A DNA stretch of 64,000 bases from Candidatus Woesearchaeota archaeon (GTDB taxonomy: Archaea; Nanobdellota; Nanobdellia; Woesearchaeales; SKIA01): the NCBI GenBank assembly GCA_046704725.1, contig JBJKRI010000005.1, positions 192,001-256,000 on the forward strand, written 5' to 3'. Both the position numbers and the translations under genes were made by a program. A model generated the notes under the pieces. It had not been told where the DNA came from, did not search any database, and was given only the letters and a program-made list of their open reading frames with translations. This document shows positions 1 to 8,933 of this stretch, one piece after another (position 1 is the stretch's first letter; the number at the start of each line of letters is the position of its first letter).

Positions 1-45
1 TCCGAGCGCAACCGCACCGCCAGTGACGAACATCCAAGACTTCAT
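1..45 (-). CDS. N-terminal fragment of small membrane/secreted protein (runs off left edge)
   Basis: Manual translation MKSWMFVTGGAVALG...; ATG overlaps the stop of the upstream Zn-finger ORF (ATGA). Confidence 0.45.
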   Translation of the reverse strand, partial: MKSWMFVTGGAVALG

Positions 46-212
46 TGTGCCGCCTCATGCAAGAGCAGGTGCTCCCGGAACGCTCCATAGTAACCGAACA
101 CCTTATGGCAACCCGGGCACGTCAGTGGTTTGTCGTACACTCCATTTGTCACGCAGCGCGGACACGCCTTTCTATGGTGCGAATATCCACAGTTAGCGCA
201 CGTGGTCGTCAT
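42..212 (-). CDS. Small double zinc-finger protein (CxxC..CxxC ribbon plus C2H2 finger)
   Basis: MTTTCANCG...CPRC...CPGCHKVFGYYGAFREHLLLH; ATGA overlaps at both ends. Confidence 0.7.
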   Translation of the reverse strand: MTTTCANCGYSHHRKACPRCVTNGVYDKPLTCPGCHKVFGYYGAFREHLLLHEAAQ

Positions 213-310
213 AGTATCGCCGTCGTGCATACACGGTGCGAGAGCAGGAATGCGCCGAGCAAGAGCCCGACCGCGAAGGTGATGATCAACCAGAGAAAGT
301 CGATTTTCAT
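209..310 (-). CDS. 33-aa single-TM microprotein
   Basis: Manual translation MKIDFLWLIITFAVGLLLGAFLLSHRVCTTAIL; stop overlaps next ATG. Confidence 0.5.
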   Translation of the reverse strand: MKIDFLWLIITFAVGLLLGAFLLSHRVCTTAIL

Positions 311-319
311 GCGTCGCTT

Positions 320-482
320 CAGGCTGAATTCATCGTATAAAACTGTTCACTACACATCTTTATAATGTCTTTTTTAATGAATATTCAAGAATATATATCT
401 TTAATACGATTTAAAGAGTTTTTTATGTCTTATTTTATTGAATGATACTTCAATGAATCTTATGACAACAATCAAGCACTGA
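320..482. promoter_or_regulatory. AT-rich divergent promoter region with TGAA/TTCA inverted repeats
   Basis: Strongly AT-rich relative to flanks; TGAATTCA 325-332, TGAATATTCA 378-387, ATTGAA-n6-TTCAAT 437-454; several TATA-like boxes. Confidence 0.5.
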
Positions 483-572
483 ATGCGTGATTCGGATTCT
501 GGAGGAAATTCAGAAGGCGCACTGGACGCGCACGGCCGCCAACCACATCAAGACGGGAACGCTCTTTTCGGG

Positions 573-2732
573 GTGCATCTCATCGACTGTTGGCGTGCGG
601 AAGGAGGCGTCGCGCTCTGGCTCAAGGACGGCGGGAAGAACATACGCGTCATCCGGCCGGCTTCGTCGTTCTTCTTCGCCGACCCCGAAGCGGCGCCCAT
701 CCTCGAACGATTGGGGATCCCCTTCGCGTGGGAGCGACGACCGACGCTGCTCGGAGGAAAAAAGGATGTCCTGCGCATCGAGACCGCGCCCGGGCGCTAC
801 GAGCGCATCATCAGGATGATCGAGCGGCAGACGCGCTGGCGCGTCCCATTGTACGACGCGGACATCGCGCCCGAGGACCGCTATTTGTGGGAGAACGATC
901 TTGTGCCGTGCGCGCCCGTGCGACAAGAAGGGGATCGTTTCTTTCTAGTAGAAGGAGGGCCGCCCGCGCTGTCGGTGCTCCATCTACGCATCAAGCCCGC
1001 ACGCGACATCCGAACCGAGCCCGACGCGCCTCTTGTCTCATTGTGGATCGACGATGAGCGCCACGACGGCGACGAGCAAGAGCTCTTGTCGCTGCTCGCA
1101 CACCATATCACTGAGCAGGACCCGGACGTCATCCGCATGGACTACGCCTTCAGCAGGCTGCCGTACCTCGAACGGCGTTGCAAGGAACAGGGCATCCATA
1201 TACCCTGGCACCGCTGGGACAAGACACCCATCACGACGAGGGGCGGGCGCACCTTCTACAGCTACGGACAAGTACAGTACCACGACTTCGCCACGCGACT
1301 GCACGGAAGGCTACTCGTGGACACGAGCACATCCGTGGGCAATCGCTGTGAGGCAGAAGGCATCGCCGAGCTGTGCACGCTGTCGGGCATGCGCTTCCAG
1401 CAACTGGCGAGCAGGAGCTTCGGAGCGGTCTTCCAGGTCGCGCTCGTACGGATGATGGTGCAGGAAGGGACGCTCGTGCCATACAAGGAGAAGCTCATCG
1501 AGCCGCCGATCGCACTGCTCGACGCCGTGGCCGCGGACAGGGCGGGGCACACCATCGACCCGAAGCCAGGATTCCACACGCACGTCGCGTCGCTCGATTT
1601 CACGAGCATGTACCCGCACCTCATGCGCGACAAGAACATCAGCGCGGAAGCCATCCTGCCAGGCACGGGAGAACACGTGCCGGGAATACCGGCGCGCATC
1701 CAAAAGAAGAAGGGACTGGTGGCGCGGACGATCGCGCCGTTCATCGAACGACGGCTCGCGCACAAACGGACGCCATCGGCGTATAGCGCCGCGCAATCGA
1801 ACGCGCTCAAGGCCGTGCTCGTATCGAGCAACGGCTACCTGCGCTTCCGGGAGTTCAAGCTCGGGCTGCCGCGGGCGCACATGGCGCTCTCCGCGTACGC
1901 GCGCGAGACACTGCTCTTGGCGCAACGCGTCGCCGAGGACTGGGGGTACGACGTGGTGCATGGAATCATCGACAGCCTGTGCGTGAAAAGGGACGGTATG
2001 ACTGCGGATGACGTACGATTGCTCGCCAGCGAGATCGGCGCGCGAACAGGCATCCCCCTCAAGAACGAGGGGGTCTATTGCTGGGTGGTGTTCTGCGCGA
2101 GCGTGAACGATCCCGCGCGGCCCGTGCCCACGCGCTACTTCGGCGTCTACACTGACGGACGCGTCAAGGCGCGCGGCATCGCATTGCGCAGGAAAGCGAC
2201 GCCTCCTCTTGTCAAGGACTTCCAAGAAGAAGCATTGCATCGCATGGCGCGCTGCAGGACGCACCAAGAGATCATCGCCATCATTCCCGAGCTCTTCCGC
2301 CTGCTGCGCACGACCATCAAACGCGTTCCGCTCATAAGAGCGCCACGGCTCGCCATCCGCCTGCGGCTCACCAAAGACGCGTACACACGGAACATCCCGC
2401 AACGAACTATCGTGGGACGGCTGCGCGACAAGGGAGTGACTATCCTGCCCGGGCAGGTGGCGCACTACGTGACGACGCGACGCGGGGATGTCCTTGCGGA
2501 GGATTACCGCGGGGGCGCGGATACGGAAGCGTACGCACGACTACTCGTCGCTTCGTTGCACGAACTGCTCGGCGCGTTCGGATACACGAGAGAGGATATC
2601 GCCGAGGCGTGCAAGCTCACGAGGCAGACCACGCTCGGAGCGTTCGCGACGACCCTCAGAACTGCGGCGATAGATGTGGAAGAATCTACCATAAGCCATA
2701 TAACCGCTCTTGCGCTTGACACGGGATGGTAA
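573..2732 (+). CDS. polB2: Family B DNA polymerase, archaeal PolB2 (Dpo2) group
   Basis: DFTSMYP (motif A), K-x3-VSSNGY (motif B), HGIIDS in place of YGDTDS (motif C), degenerate exonuclease domain; likely GTG start 573 (ORF open from 483). Confidence 0.85.
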   Translation: MHLIDCWRAEGGVALWLKDGGKNIRVIRPASSFFFADPEAAPILERLGIPFAWERRPTLLGGKKDVLRIETAPGRYERIIRMIERQTRWRVPLYDADIAPEDRYLWENDLVPCAPVRQEGDRFFLVEGGPPALSVLHLRIKPARDIRTEPDAPLVSLWIDDERHDGDEQELLSLLAHHITEQDPDVIRMDYAFSRLPYLERRCKEQGIHIPWHRWDKTPITTRGGRTFYSYGQVQYHDFATRLHGRLLVDTSTSVGNRCEAEGIAELCTLSGMRFQQLASRSFGAVFQVALVRMMVQEGTLVPYKEKLIEPPIALLDAVAADRAGHTIDPKPGFHTHVASLDFTSMYPHLMRDKNISAEAILPGTGEHVPGIPARIQKKKGLVARTIAPFIERRLAHKRTPSAYSAAQSNALKAVLVSSNGYLRFREFKLGLPRAHMALSAYARETLLLAQRVAEDWGYDVVHGIIDSLCVKRDGMTADDVRLLASEIGARTGIPLKNEGVYCWVVFCASVNDPARPVPTRYFGVYTDGRVKARGIALRRKATPPLVKDFQEEALHRMARCRTHQEIIAIIPELFRLLRTTIKRVPLIRAPRLAIRLRLTKDAYTRNIPQRTIVGRLRDKGVTILPGQVAHYVTTRRGDVLAEDYRGGADTEAYARLLVASLHELLGAFGYTREDIAEACKLTRQTTLGAFATTLRTAAIDVEESTISHITALALDTGW

Positions 2733-3235
2733 AACGATCCTCTACGATAGCCATCGCTGTCATCGCGGTGGCCGCCGTCCTCATCGTGGGAGTGGCGATA
2801 TTCGCGCTCTCCGGGCACACGCGCATCGGAGATAACACCGGAACCGTCACGGCGCCCGTCTCGCAGGCGGCGCCCTCGCAGAACACCGGCACCGCGCAGA
2901 GCTCCGGACAGCAAAGCTCCGGAAAGCAGCAAGTGCGCCTGCAAGACACGCCCTATTGGAACTTCGCTCACCTGATATCCGACCCGACTATGGACTCGGC
3001 GACCAAGCAAGCGCTCGCGGGCTTCTCGGTCAAGCGTACAGTCCTCTCGAACGGCACGATACAAGTCGACCTGACCGCCCAGCGCTCGGGCTACCGCAGC
3101 CAGACATATATGCTCGAGCCAGGACAGAAACTGTACTTCATCGAGACGTCTTTCGGAGACGACGCTGCCAGTCGTGAATTCTCCTTGGGAGACGACGCGG
3201 CGGTCAAGGTCGACGCGAACGGGTACGTGCTGTGA
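2726..3235 (+). CDS. Secreted/membrane-anchored hypothetical protein
   Basis: N-terminal hydrophobic helix, Ser/Thr/Gln-rich linker. Confidence 0.7.
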   Translation: MVKRSSTIAIAVIAVAAVLIVGVAIFALSGHTRIGDNTGTVTAPVSQAAPSQNTGTAQSSGQQSSGKQQVRLQDTPYWNFAHLISDPTMDSATKQALAGFSVKRTVLSNGTIQVDLTAQRSGYRSQTYMLEPGQKLYFIETSFGDDAASREFSLGDDAAVKVDANGYVL

Positions 3236-3591
3236 TGGAACGCGACAGCATCCGGCGACTGCTCGTCACGCTCGGCCTCGCGGCGGTCTTCATCCCCATC
3301 GGCGTCTGGGAGATCGTGAACCCACAGTTCTGGGTGGGATTCGTGCCGACGTTCCTGACGGGGATAGCGACGCCGCTCGTGCTCGTGCACGGAGCGGTAT
3401 TGACGATCATCGGCATCTGGGCGCTCACGCAATGGAAGCTCCGCTGGGCGGGCGTGTTCGCCACGCTCATCATGCTCGAGATCACCACGAGCCTGCTGTT
3501 CGAGTCAGGATTCTCGAGCATCTGGATACGCGACGTGGGCATCCTCTTCCTGGCGGCATCCCTGATGTTCGAGAAGGGCAAGCTGCTGTAG
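3232..3591 (+). CDS. DoxX-like membrane protein
   Basis: Four TM segments, C-terminal RDVG motif. Confidence 0.65.
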   Translation: MMERDSIRRLLVTLGLAAVFIPIGVWEIVNPQFWVGFVPTFLTGIATPLVLVHGAVLTIIGIWALTQWKLRWAGVFATLIMLEITTSLLFESGFSSIWIRDVGILFLAASLMFEKGKLL

Positions 3592-3625
3592 GAGTGTATT
3601 AATAGGTGCTTGACGTCCCCACATC

Positions 3626-3904
3626 ATGCCTTGCGAACACGAGAAACGTATCACCGTCCGCACGGCGGACACGACCGTGTGCCCCGAGTGCGTCGCCGCA
3701 GGGGATGCGTGGGTGCATCTTCGACTGTGCATGGACTGCGGTTTCGTCGGGTGCTGCGACTCGAGCAAGAACCAGCACGCCTCCCGACATATGGAGGGCG
3801 AGCACCACTTCATCGAACGCAGCCTCGAACCAGCAGAGGACTGGATCTGGTGCCGCGCGCACGAGAGCATCGTCGACGGACTGGAGCCCGACGAGATCCG
3901 TTGA
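3626..3904 (+). CDS. Stand-alone UBP-type zinc finger protein
   Basis: CPEC...WVHLRLCMDCGFVGCCDSSKNQHASRH..H..RSLEP.EDW.WC signature. Confidence 0.9.
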   Translation: MPCEHEKRITVRTADTTVCPECVAAGDAWVHLRLCMDCGFVGCCDSSKNQHASRHMEGEHHFIERSLEPAEDWIWCRAHESIVDGLEPDEIR

Positions 3905-3929
3905 GGCAACGAGCGGGCAGTCTCTTGAA

Positions 3930-4011
3930 CGCCGCGGCCCGGATTTGAACCGGGAATTCCGAAGGAACCGGTTTTCGAGACCGGCGCTCTACCAGGTTAA
4001 GCGACCGCGGC
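3930..4011 (-). tRNA. tRNA-Ser(CGA)
   Basis: Reverse complement folds as cloverleaf: GCCGCGG acceptor, CCGGT-CT-CGA-AA-ACCGG, long variable arm, GGTTCAAATCC T-arm; no encoded CCA. Confidence 0.95.
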
Positions 4012-4095
4012 AATGGTCCGCACGAATCGGGCCCCGTTAAAAAGCGTATCGCATTCTTGCAGAACACAGATAAACGCTCCTCTCGCAGGACACCC

Positions 4096-4428
4096 ATGCA
4101 GCGACTCACGACCACCGAATCAGTGGATGACGCCATCGGACGCTCGGAAGACCATCCGGTCGTCATCCTCAAGCACAGCACGCAATGCCCGATTAGCGCG
4201 GCCGCGCACGAAGAAGTGGAGGCCTTCGAGAAGGGGACCGATGCGGAAGTGCTCGTTGTGCACGTCATCGAGGACCGTCCCGTGTCGAACCACATCGCCG
4301 AGCGAACAGGCATCACGCACGAGAGCCCGCAGGCGATAGTCTTCTCCGACGGGCAAGCCGTCTTCGACGCGGATCACAAGGACGTGACCCGAGAAGCGCT
4401 CGAGAATGCAGTCCCCAGGGAAGCATAA
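4096..4428 (+). CDS. ytxJ: YtxJ-family thioredoxin-fold redox protein
   Basis: KHSTQCPISAAA and HESPQ motifs. Confidence 0.85.
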   Translation: MQRLTTTESVDDAIGRSEDHPVVILKHSTQCPISAAAHEEVEAFEKGTDAEVLVVHVIEDRPVSNHIAERTGITHESPQAIVFSDGQAVFDADHKDVTREALENAVPREA

Positions 4429-4460
4429 GGCGTATATACTGTTGTGCGGCGGTCTTCCGG

Positions 4461-4826
4461 ATGGACCGCGGAGAAGCGCTCTTGGAGATGCTCGCGCTAC
4501 AGATCGATGGCTCGATGCGCGCGGCAGGAGCGGTCGTGTCCGCAATGCTCTCATCGGGCGACCCGTTCACCATCGAATCGGGCTCTGCCCTCTTGCGCCC
4601 ACTCTACCAGCACATCGCCGATGTGGCGTATACCGCGAGCACGAACATCCCGGGAGACCCTGCAGGGATGCTCGCTGTGGCATGCGGGCTTGCTGAACAC
4701 CCCCGGCAGGTCGCATTGTTCGTGCCCGCCCTGTATGTCACGGAAGAAGGGGTGGCCCCGCTGACCGCTCGCATCCGGCTCGGGAAAGAAGAAGAAAAAG
4801 AAATGGAGCCCTACGATATCGCGTAG
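4461..4826 (+). CDS. Hypothetical protein
   Basis: ORF after TATA-like element; no recognised motif. Confidence 0.5.
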   Translation: MDRGEALLEMLALQIDGSMRAAGAVVSAMLSSGDPFTIESGSALLRPLYQHIADVAYTASTNIPGDPAGMLAVACGLAEHPRQVALFVPALYVTEEGVAPLTARIRLGKEEEKEMEPYDIA

Positions 4827-5545
4827 GTGACGCTCACTGTCGCGGAGACGGTGACCTTCGAGGGCTCTGCAGGGGTGCTCGGAGCGCTCGAACCGGTCGT
4901 GGACGCCTCGCGGGCGTACATGATCGGCCCGGGGAAGTTCACGTTGCTCTCCGAGACGCTCTTGACCTTGCCGAGACTCACGCCGAGGCCGTCAGCGACC
5001 GCTTGCGCCTGGGTCTTGGCGTGCTGGCCCGCCTCTGTTAGCAACTGGGTCTGGACCTGTTTCCGCAAGGCATCGGTCAGGTCGTAGCTGACCTGCGGCA
5101 CGCTGTTCGCGCCCGCGTTCACGCCAGCGTCGATCGCGTCGCCGACCGTGCTCGTGTTCGTCATGGTGAGCTGCACGGTGTTGGTCGCGCGATAGAACTG
5201 GATGTGCAGGTCGCGAGACGAGCCCGCCGGCAACGTGCCGTAGTCATAGACCGGGTACACGGTGTACTGTTGGGTCTCGACGGTGCCGTAGCCCTTGAGA
5301 GCGGCGACGACCGCGCTCATCCTCTGGGCGTTCTGCTGCGCTGCCGCTTCGGACGTGTTGGCTTCGGTGACCACGGAGAAGCTGAGCTTCGCCTGGTCTG
5401 GCATGACGTCGCGCTGGGCCTGTCCCTGCACCGTCACTGTCGGTGTGGTCGTTCCTGTATTGGGTTGGAGCAGCGCGACCAGTCCCGCGGCGACGATGCC
5501 GGTGGCCAGGACGAGGACCGCTGCTGCGATGAGCATGTTCTTCAT
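4811..5545 (-). CDS. SIMPL/DUF541 family protein
   Basis: Signal anchor; TVTVQGQA...PDQAKLSFSV...A.GLGVSLGKV.SVSE; C-terminal V.V.YAI. Confidence 0.9.
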   Translation of the reverse strand: MKNMLIAAAVLVLATGIVAAGLVALLQPNTGTTTPTVTVQGQAQRDVMPDQAKLSFSVVTEANTSEAAAQQNAQRMSAVVAALKGYGTVETQQYTVYPVYDYGTLPAGSSRDLHIQFYRATNTVQLTMTNTSTVGDAIDAGVNAGANSVPQVSYDLTDALRKQVQTQLLTEAGQHAKTQAQAVADGLGVSLGKVKSVSESNVNFPGPIMYAREASTTGSSAPSTPAEPSKVTVSATVSVTYAIS

Positions 5546-5667
5546 GGTATCACCGCTCTTTCTAATGCGAGGGACTATTTATATGCGGCGAAGGCTGCGA
5601 ACGGGGTCGCATCAACGTTTTCACCGTCGAGCGACAGCATTTTAAGTATGGGCCTTGTCCGCGCACC

Positions 5668-6264
5668 ATGCGACCGCTCTATGTTGGCCTTGCCGCAGTG
5701 CTGGCCGCAACCCCTGCGTACGCCCAGCAAGCACAGGTCAGTACGACGATGCAAGCGCCAGTAGTAACGGAGGTGGCTGGGCCGCACCCGGACACCGTCT
5801 GGTCGCGCAACGCGCAAAAGCATCCGGACAAATGCATGGCGTATGGCAACATCCTCTCCAACCACGGTCCACCGCTCTCGCCTGCGATCCGGGAGCGTCT
5901 TCTCACCGGGGGAACGATTCCGGATAGCGCCCTTCCCGACAGCCTCGAGGGGCGTTTCGTGGTCTTCAGCTCGGAGTTGCCCGACTCCGCGAAGAAACTC
6001 GCGCACACCTACGACGCTTCCTTGAAACAGCTCTCTTGGGAGCTCAAACTGGTGCCTGGCCTTTGGGCGGAGCAGAAGCGGGCGTTCGAGGACTTGTGGC
6101 CCCTGCGGCCCGGAGACGTCTATGTCATGCCCTGCGAAGACCTGGATAAGAAGTGGCACCATCCGCACCCGCCGTTCTTTCGTATGTCGCCCCTGGACGA
6201 TACCGCGCGGCAAGTGCTCCGGGATACGAAAATCCCCGTCTATTCGACGACGTTCCGGCGGTAG
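5668..6264 (+). CDS. Secreted hypothetical protein
   Basis: Signal peptide ending AYA. Confidence 0.55.
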   Translation: MRPLYVGLAAVLAATPAYAQQAQVSTTMQAPVVTEVAGPHPDTVWSRNAQKHPDKCMAYGNILSNHGPPLSPAIRERLLTGGTIPDSALPDSLEGRFVVFSSELPDSAKKLAHTYDASLKQLSWELKLVPGLWAEQKRAFEDLWPLRPGDVYVMPCEDLDKKWHHPHPPFFRMSPLDDTARQVLRDTKIPVYSTTFRR

Positions 6265-6524
6265 TCCCAGGGGCTGTGGCCGAAGTGGATGATGAGGTCG
6301 ACGCCGACGTTTCGCGCCTCGACGGGCAGGTCGCACGCGCCGAAGTTGCTGCCTTGCCAGACGAAGACCTCTTCTGCGTCGGTGTTCTCTCGCACGCGCT
6401 TGAGGATCTCGTGGGCGTGCATCTTGAGCCCGTCGGGGAACTGGAGGAGCACTCTCTTGGCGTTGTGCTCCTTGACCGCGTCTATCACGGCCTTCTCGTC
6501 GAAATCCCAGAGGTCGTCTTGCAT
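6240..6524 (-). CDS. dph2: Diphthamide synthesis Dph2-like protein, N-terminal domain only (94 aa)
   Basis: VLLQFPDGLK, FGACDLP, IIHFGHS motifs, then stop. Confidence 0.75.
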   Translation of the reverse strand: MQDDLWDFDEKAVIDAVKEHNAKRVLLQFPDGLKMHAHEILKRVRENTDAEEVFVWQGSNFGACDLPVEARNVGVDLIIHFGHSPWDYRRNVVE

Positions 6525-6554
6525 GGAGCGGAGAATCCGGCCCGGTTCAAAAAG

Positions 6555-6812
6555 CTACTCCAGGAAGAGGTCGTCGAGCTCCTGTTTGGAGAGCTTGCTC
6601 TTGTTGAGGACGGACATCTTGGGCCGCTTGGCCTTGCGCCCGGTCACGCTGTCGTGCTCGAACTCCTCGACGTCGGCGTCGACCTGCGCGTCCTCGGCGA
6701 AGATCTGGTCGTAGTCCTGCTCGAAGGGGTCCTCCTCTTCGAGGTCCTCGAGGTAGCCGGCCTCTTCGAGGTCGGTCTCGCCTTCATAATCGTCCACATA
6801 GTCTTCTGTCAT
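6555..6812 (-). CDS. Highly acidic small hypothetical protein
   Basis: D/E-rich N-terminus with basic patch near C-terminus. Confidence 0.65.
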   Translation of the reverse strand: MTEDYVDDYEGETDLEEAGYLEDLEEEDPFEQDYDQIFAEDAQVDADVEEFEHDSVTGRKAKRPKMSVLNKSKLSKQELDDLFLE

Positions 6813-6932
6813 GGTCTTGGAAGGAATGCTGCGCGAGAATGCTATAGTATCTAAGGGATGAGTTCTTTTATAAACGTATCGCTTTTCGGGTGGCGAAGAA
6901 CCTTTTTATACTGTCCTCGGCAGTGCTGGCCG

Positions 6933-7448
6933 ATGCGAAAGGGGCAGTTCTACATGATCGACGCCTTCTTCGCGGCGGCCATCCTCTTCGTGGGGATCGG
7001 CTTCGTCGTGACCAGCTATGTCTCTGTCCCGCAGCAGCGCCAGACACAGCTCATCAGTCAGGACCTCGTCACGCTGCTCACCCAGACACGCATCGGCGAC
7101 CTGCAGAACAGCTACGTGCGGGCGAACTATCCTATCCTCGACGAGGACCTCTCGCCCATGCAGCAGGTGCACCGCTGGTGGTACAACGACACCGTCGTCA
7201 ATCCAGGAGGCTGCCCGTCATGCCTGACAAACGCGACAGCCCTGATCAGCGCCCTGGTCAACGACGTGGTCGGCCCGCAATACGGCGTCGAGGTCATCCT
7301 GGACAACCAGACGCCGTTCATCGTCTACTCCAGGCCTTTGCAACGGACGCCCGCAGCCATGATCGTCAAGCGCGCGGTGCTGCTCACGCAATGGAACCAG
7401 ACAACGATCATCGGACCCGCCACGATGGAGGTGCGCGTATGGCGTTAG
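6933..7448 (+). CDS. Class III signal peptide (pilin-like) protein
   Basis: MRKG/QFYMIDAFFA followed by hydrophobic stretch. Confidence 0.75.
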   Translation: MRKGQFYMIDAFFAAAILFVGIGFVVTSYVSVPQQRQTQLISQDLVTLLTQTRIGDLQNSYVRANYPILDEDLSPMQQVHRWWYNDTVVNPGGCPSCLTNATALISALVNDVVGPQYGVEVILDNQTPFIVYSRPLQRTPAAMIVKRAVLLTQWNQTTIIGPATMEVRVWR

Positions 7449-8401
7449 GGCGCAAAGGCATATTCTTCTCGCTGTCGGCGATCCTGCTCGTCGGACTCAT
7501 CTTCGTCATCCTCAACGCGATCCCGCCGCAGAACACCGCGCGCAGCACGGTGCTGCGCGTCGAGGACGTGCAGAGCGACGCGAACATCGCGATGAACCAG
7601 GAGATCCCGCTCATCCTGCGCGTGCACGCCTTCCAGACGATGCAAGAGCTCGCCGACACGGCCTACACCCGATCGCCCGATCCCTTCGACAACGAACAGT
7701 CCGTAGAATTCGCGTTCTCCACATGCATGGCGAGCCCCTATTGTCCATACAACACCGGGAGATACCACTACAACAGCGTACAGGCCGATATCAACGCTCT
7801 TGAACAGACCTATAACGACAGCCTGCAGTACGACGCGCACTTCTCGCTGAGCAACTTCAATATCACGCAGGTCGGACCATGGGACCTGTATGTGCAGGCG
7901 GACCTCTCGCTGTACATGCGCGACGCCGCAGGCATGGTGACCGTCAACCGCACCAAAGTGCACCTGGCCACGACGATGAGCATCGTCGGCCTGCTCGACC
8001 CGTACGCGAGCCGTCTGGCGCACCAGCAGCGATACGTGAGCCGGGCGATACTGCCGCTCAACGACAGCTGGACGGCCGAGCTCATCTACAACGAATCCGT
8101 CATCGGCTCGTACCGCGAGGACATCAGCCCGCAGAACGGCAGCTCCGCCGGGCGCGCCCCGTCGTACATGCAACGGCTCTTGGCCAACCCGCAGCCGAGC
8201 GGATACGGCATCTACAGTCTGATGCCGCCCGGAGTTCGGCCCAGCAAGCACTCCTCGGACCTCGACTACGAGACCGGCACGTACAACAACACCGTCTGGG
8301 TGCACTACAACGCGCAAGGATTCTACCTCTCGCAATACGGCGCGTTGCTCTACAACGCCACGAACGGGCTGGGGCACAACAACGGAAGCGGCATCGGTTA
8401 G
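7439..8401 (+). CDS. Class III signal peptide (pilin-like/adhesin) protein
   Basis: MALGRKG/IFFSLSAILL; N/T/S-rich extracellular domain; GLLDP motif. Confidence 0.75.
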   Translation: MALGRKGIFFSLSAILLVGLIFVILNAIPPQNTARSTVLRVEDVQSDANIAMNQEIPLILRVHAFQTMQELADTAYTRSPDPFDNEQSVEFAFSTCMASPYCPYNTGRYHYNSVQADINALEQTYNDSLQYDAHFSLSNFNITQVGPWDLYVQADLSLYMRDAAGMVTVNRTKVHLATTMSIVGLLDPYASRLAHQQRYVSRAILPLNDSWTAELIYNESVIGSYREDISPQNGSSAGRAPSYMQRLLANPQPSGYGIYSLMPPGVRPSKHSSDLDYETGTYNNTVWVHYNAQGFYLSQYGALLYNATNGLGHNNGSGIG

Positions 8402-8483
8402 GTATATCCACTGTCTGATAGGGATAAACGTTTAAATAGCGTCTTCCGGGGTTCCAAGCACTAAAGGAGGGAGTATCCAGGTC

Positions 8484-8933
8484 TTGACAGAGCTGCAGAC
8501 AGGCGTTGACCAACTCATGAAGCTGGTCAAGGAAAAGAAGAAGATATCGGTCACCGACGCGGCAAAAGAACTGAAGGTGCCCGTCAAGAGCGTGCAGTCC
8601 TGGGTGGATTTCCTCGTCGAGGAGCATGTGCTCGGCGTCGAGTACAAATTCACCACCCCCTACGTCTACGTCAACAGCGAAGAGCGCATGCAGGCGGTGG
8701 AGCACGAGAAGAAAGAGAACTACTCCCTCAAGGACTTCAAGGACGTGTTCTACTCGTACGCGCAGACCAAGAACATGCCGGCCGAGCGACTGCCGCACCT
8801 ATGGCACGAGCACGTACGGTTCACAGCGGAGGGACAGAAGGACTACTTCCTCGAGGAATGCCAACGACGCGGCGTAAACAACGCCGTGCAGCTCTACAAG
8901 GAATACGTGGAGGAACTCTTGCATGGAGCTTGA
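8484..8933 (+). CDS. Pilus-locus accessory protein with N-terminal winged-helix-like segment
   Basis: TGVDQLMKLVKEKKKISVTDAAKELKV...W.DFLVEE; AGGAGG RBS upstream. Confidence 0.7.
   Translation: MTELQTGVDQLMKLVKEKKKISVTDAAKELKVPVKSVQSWVDFLVEEHVLGVEYKFTTPYVYVNSEERMQAVEHEKKENYSLKDFKDVFYSYAQTKNMPAERLPHLWHEHVRFTAEGQKDYFLEECQRRGVNNAVQLYKEYVEELLHGA

Noticed and set aside
487-819. Separate small gene or frameshifted N-terminus upstream of polB2
   Set aside because: Mostly overlaps polB2 and shows no resemblance to known PolB2 partner proteins
6890-7438. N-terminal extension of the 503-aa ORF
   Set aside because: Overlaps the upstream pilin-like gene; class III signal begins at 7439
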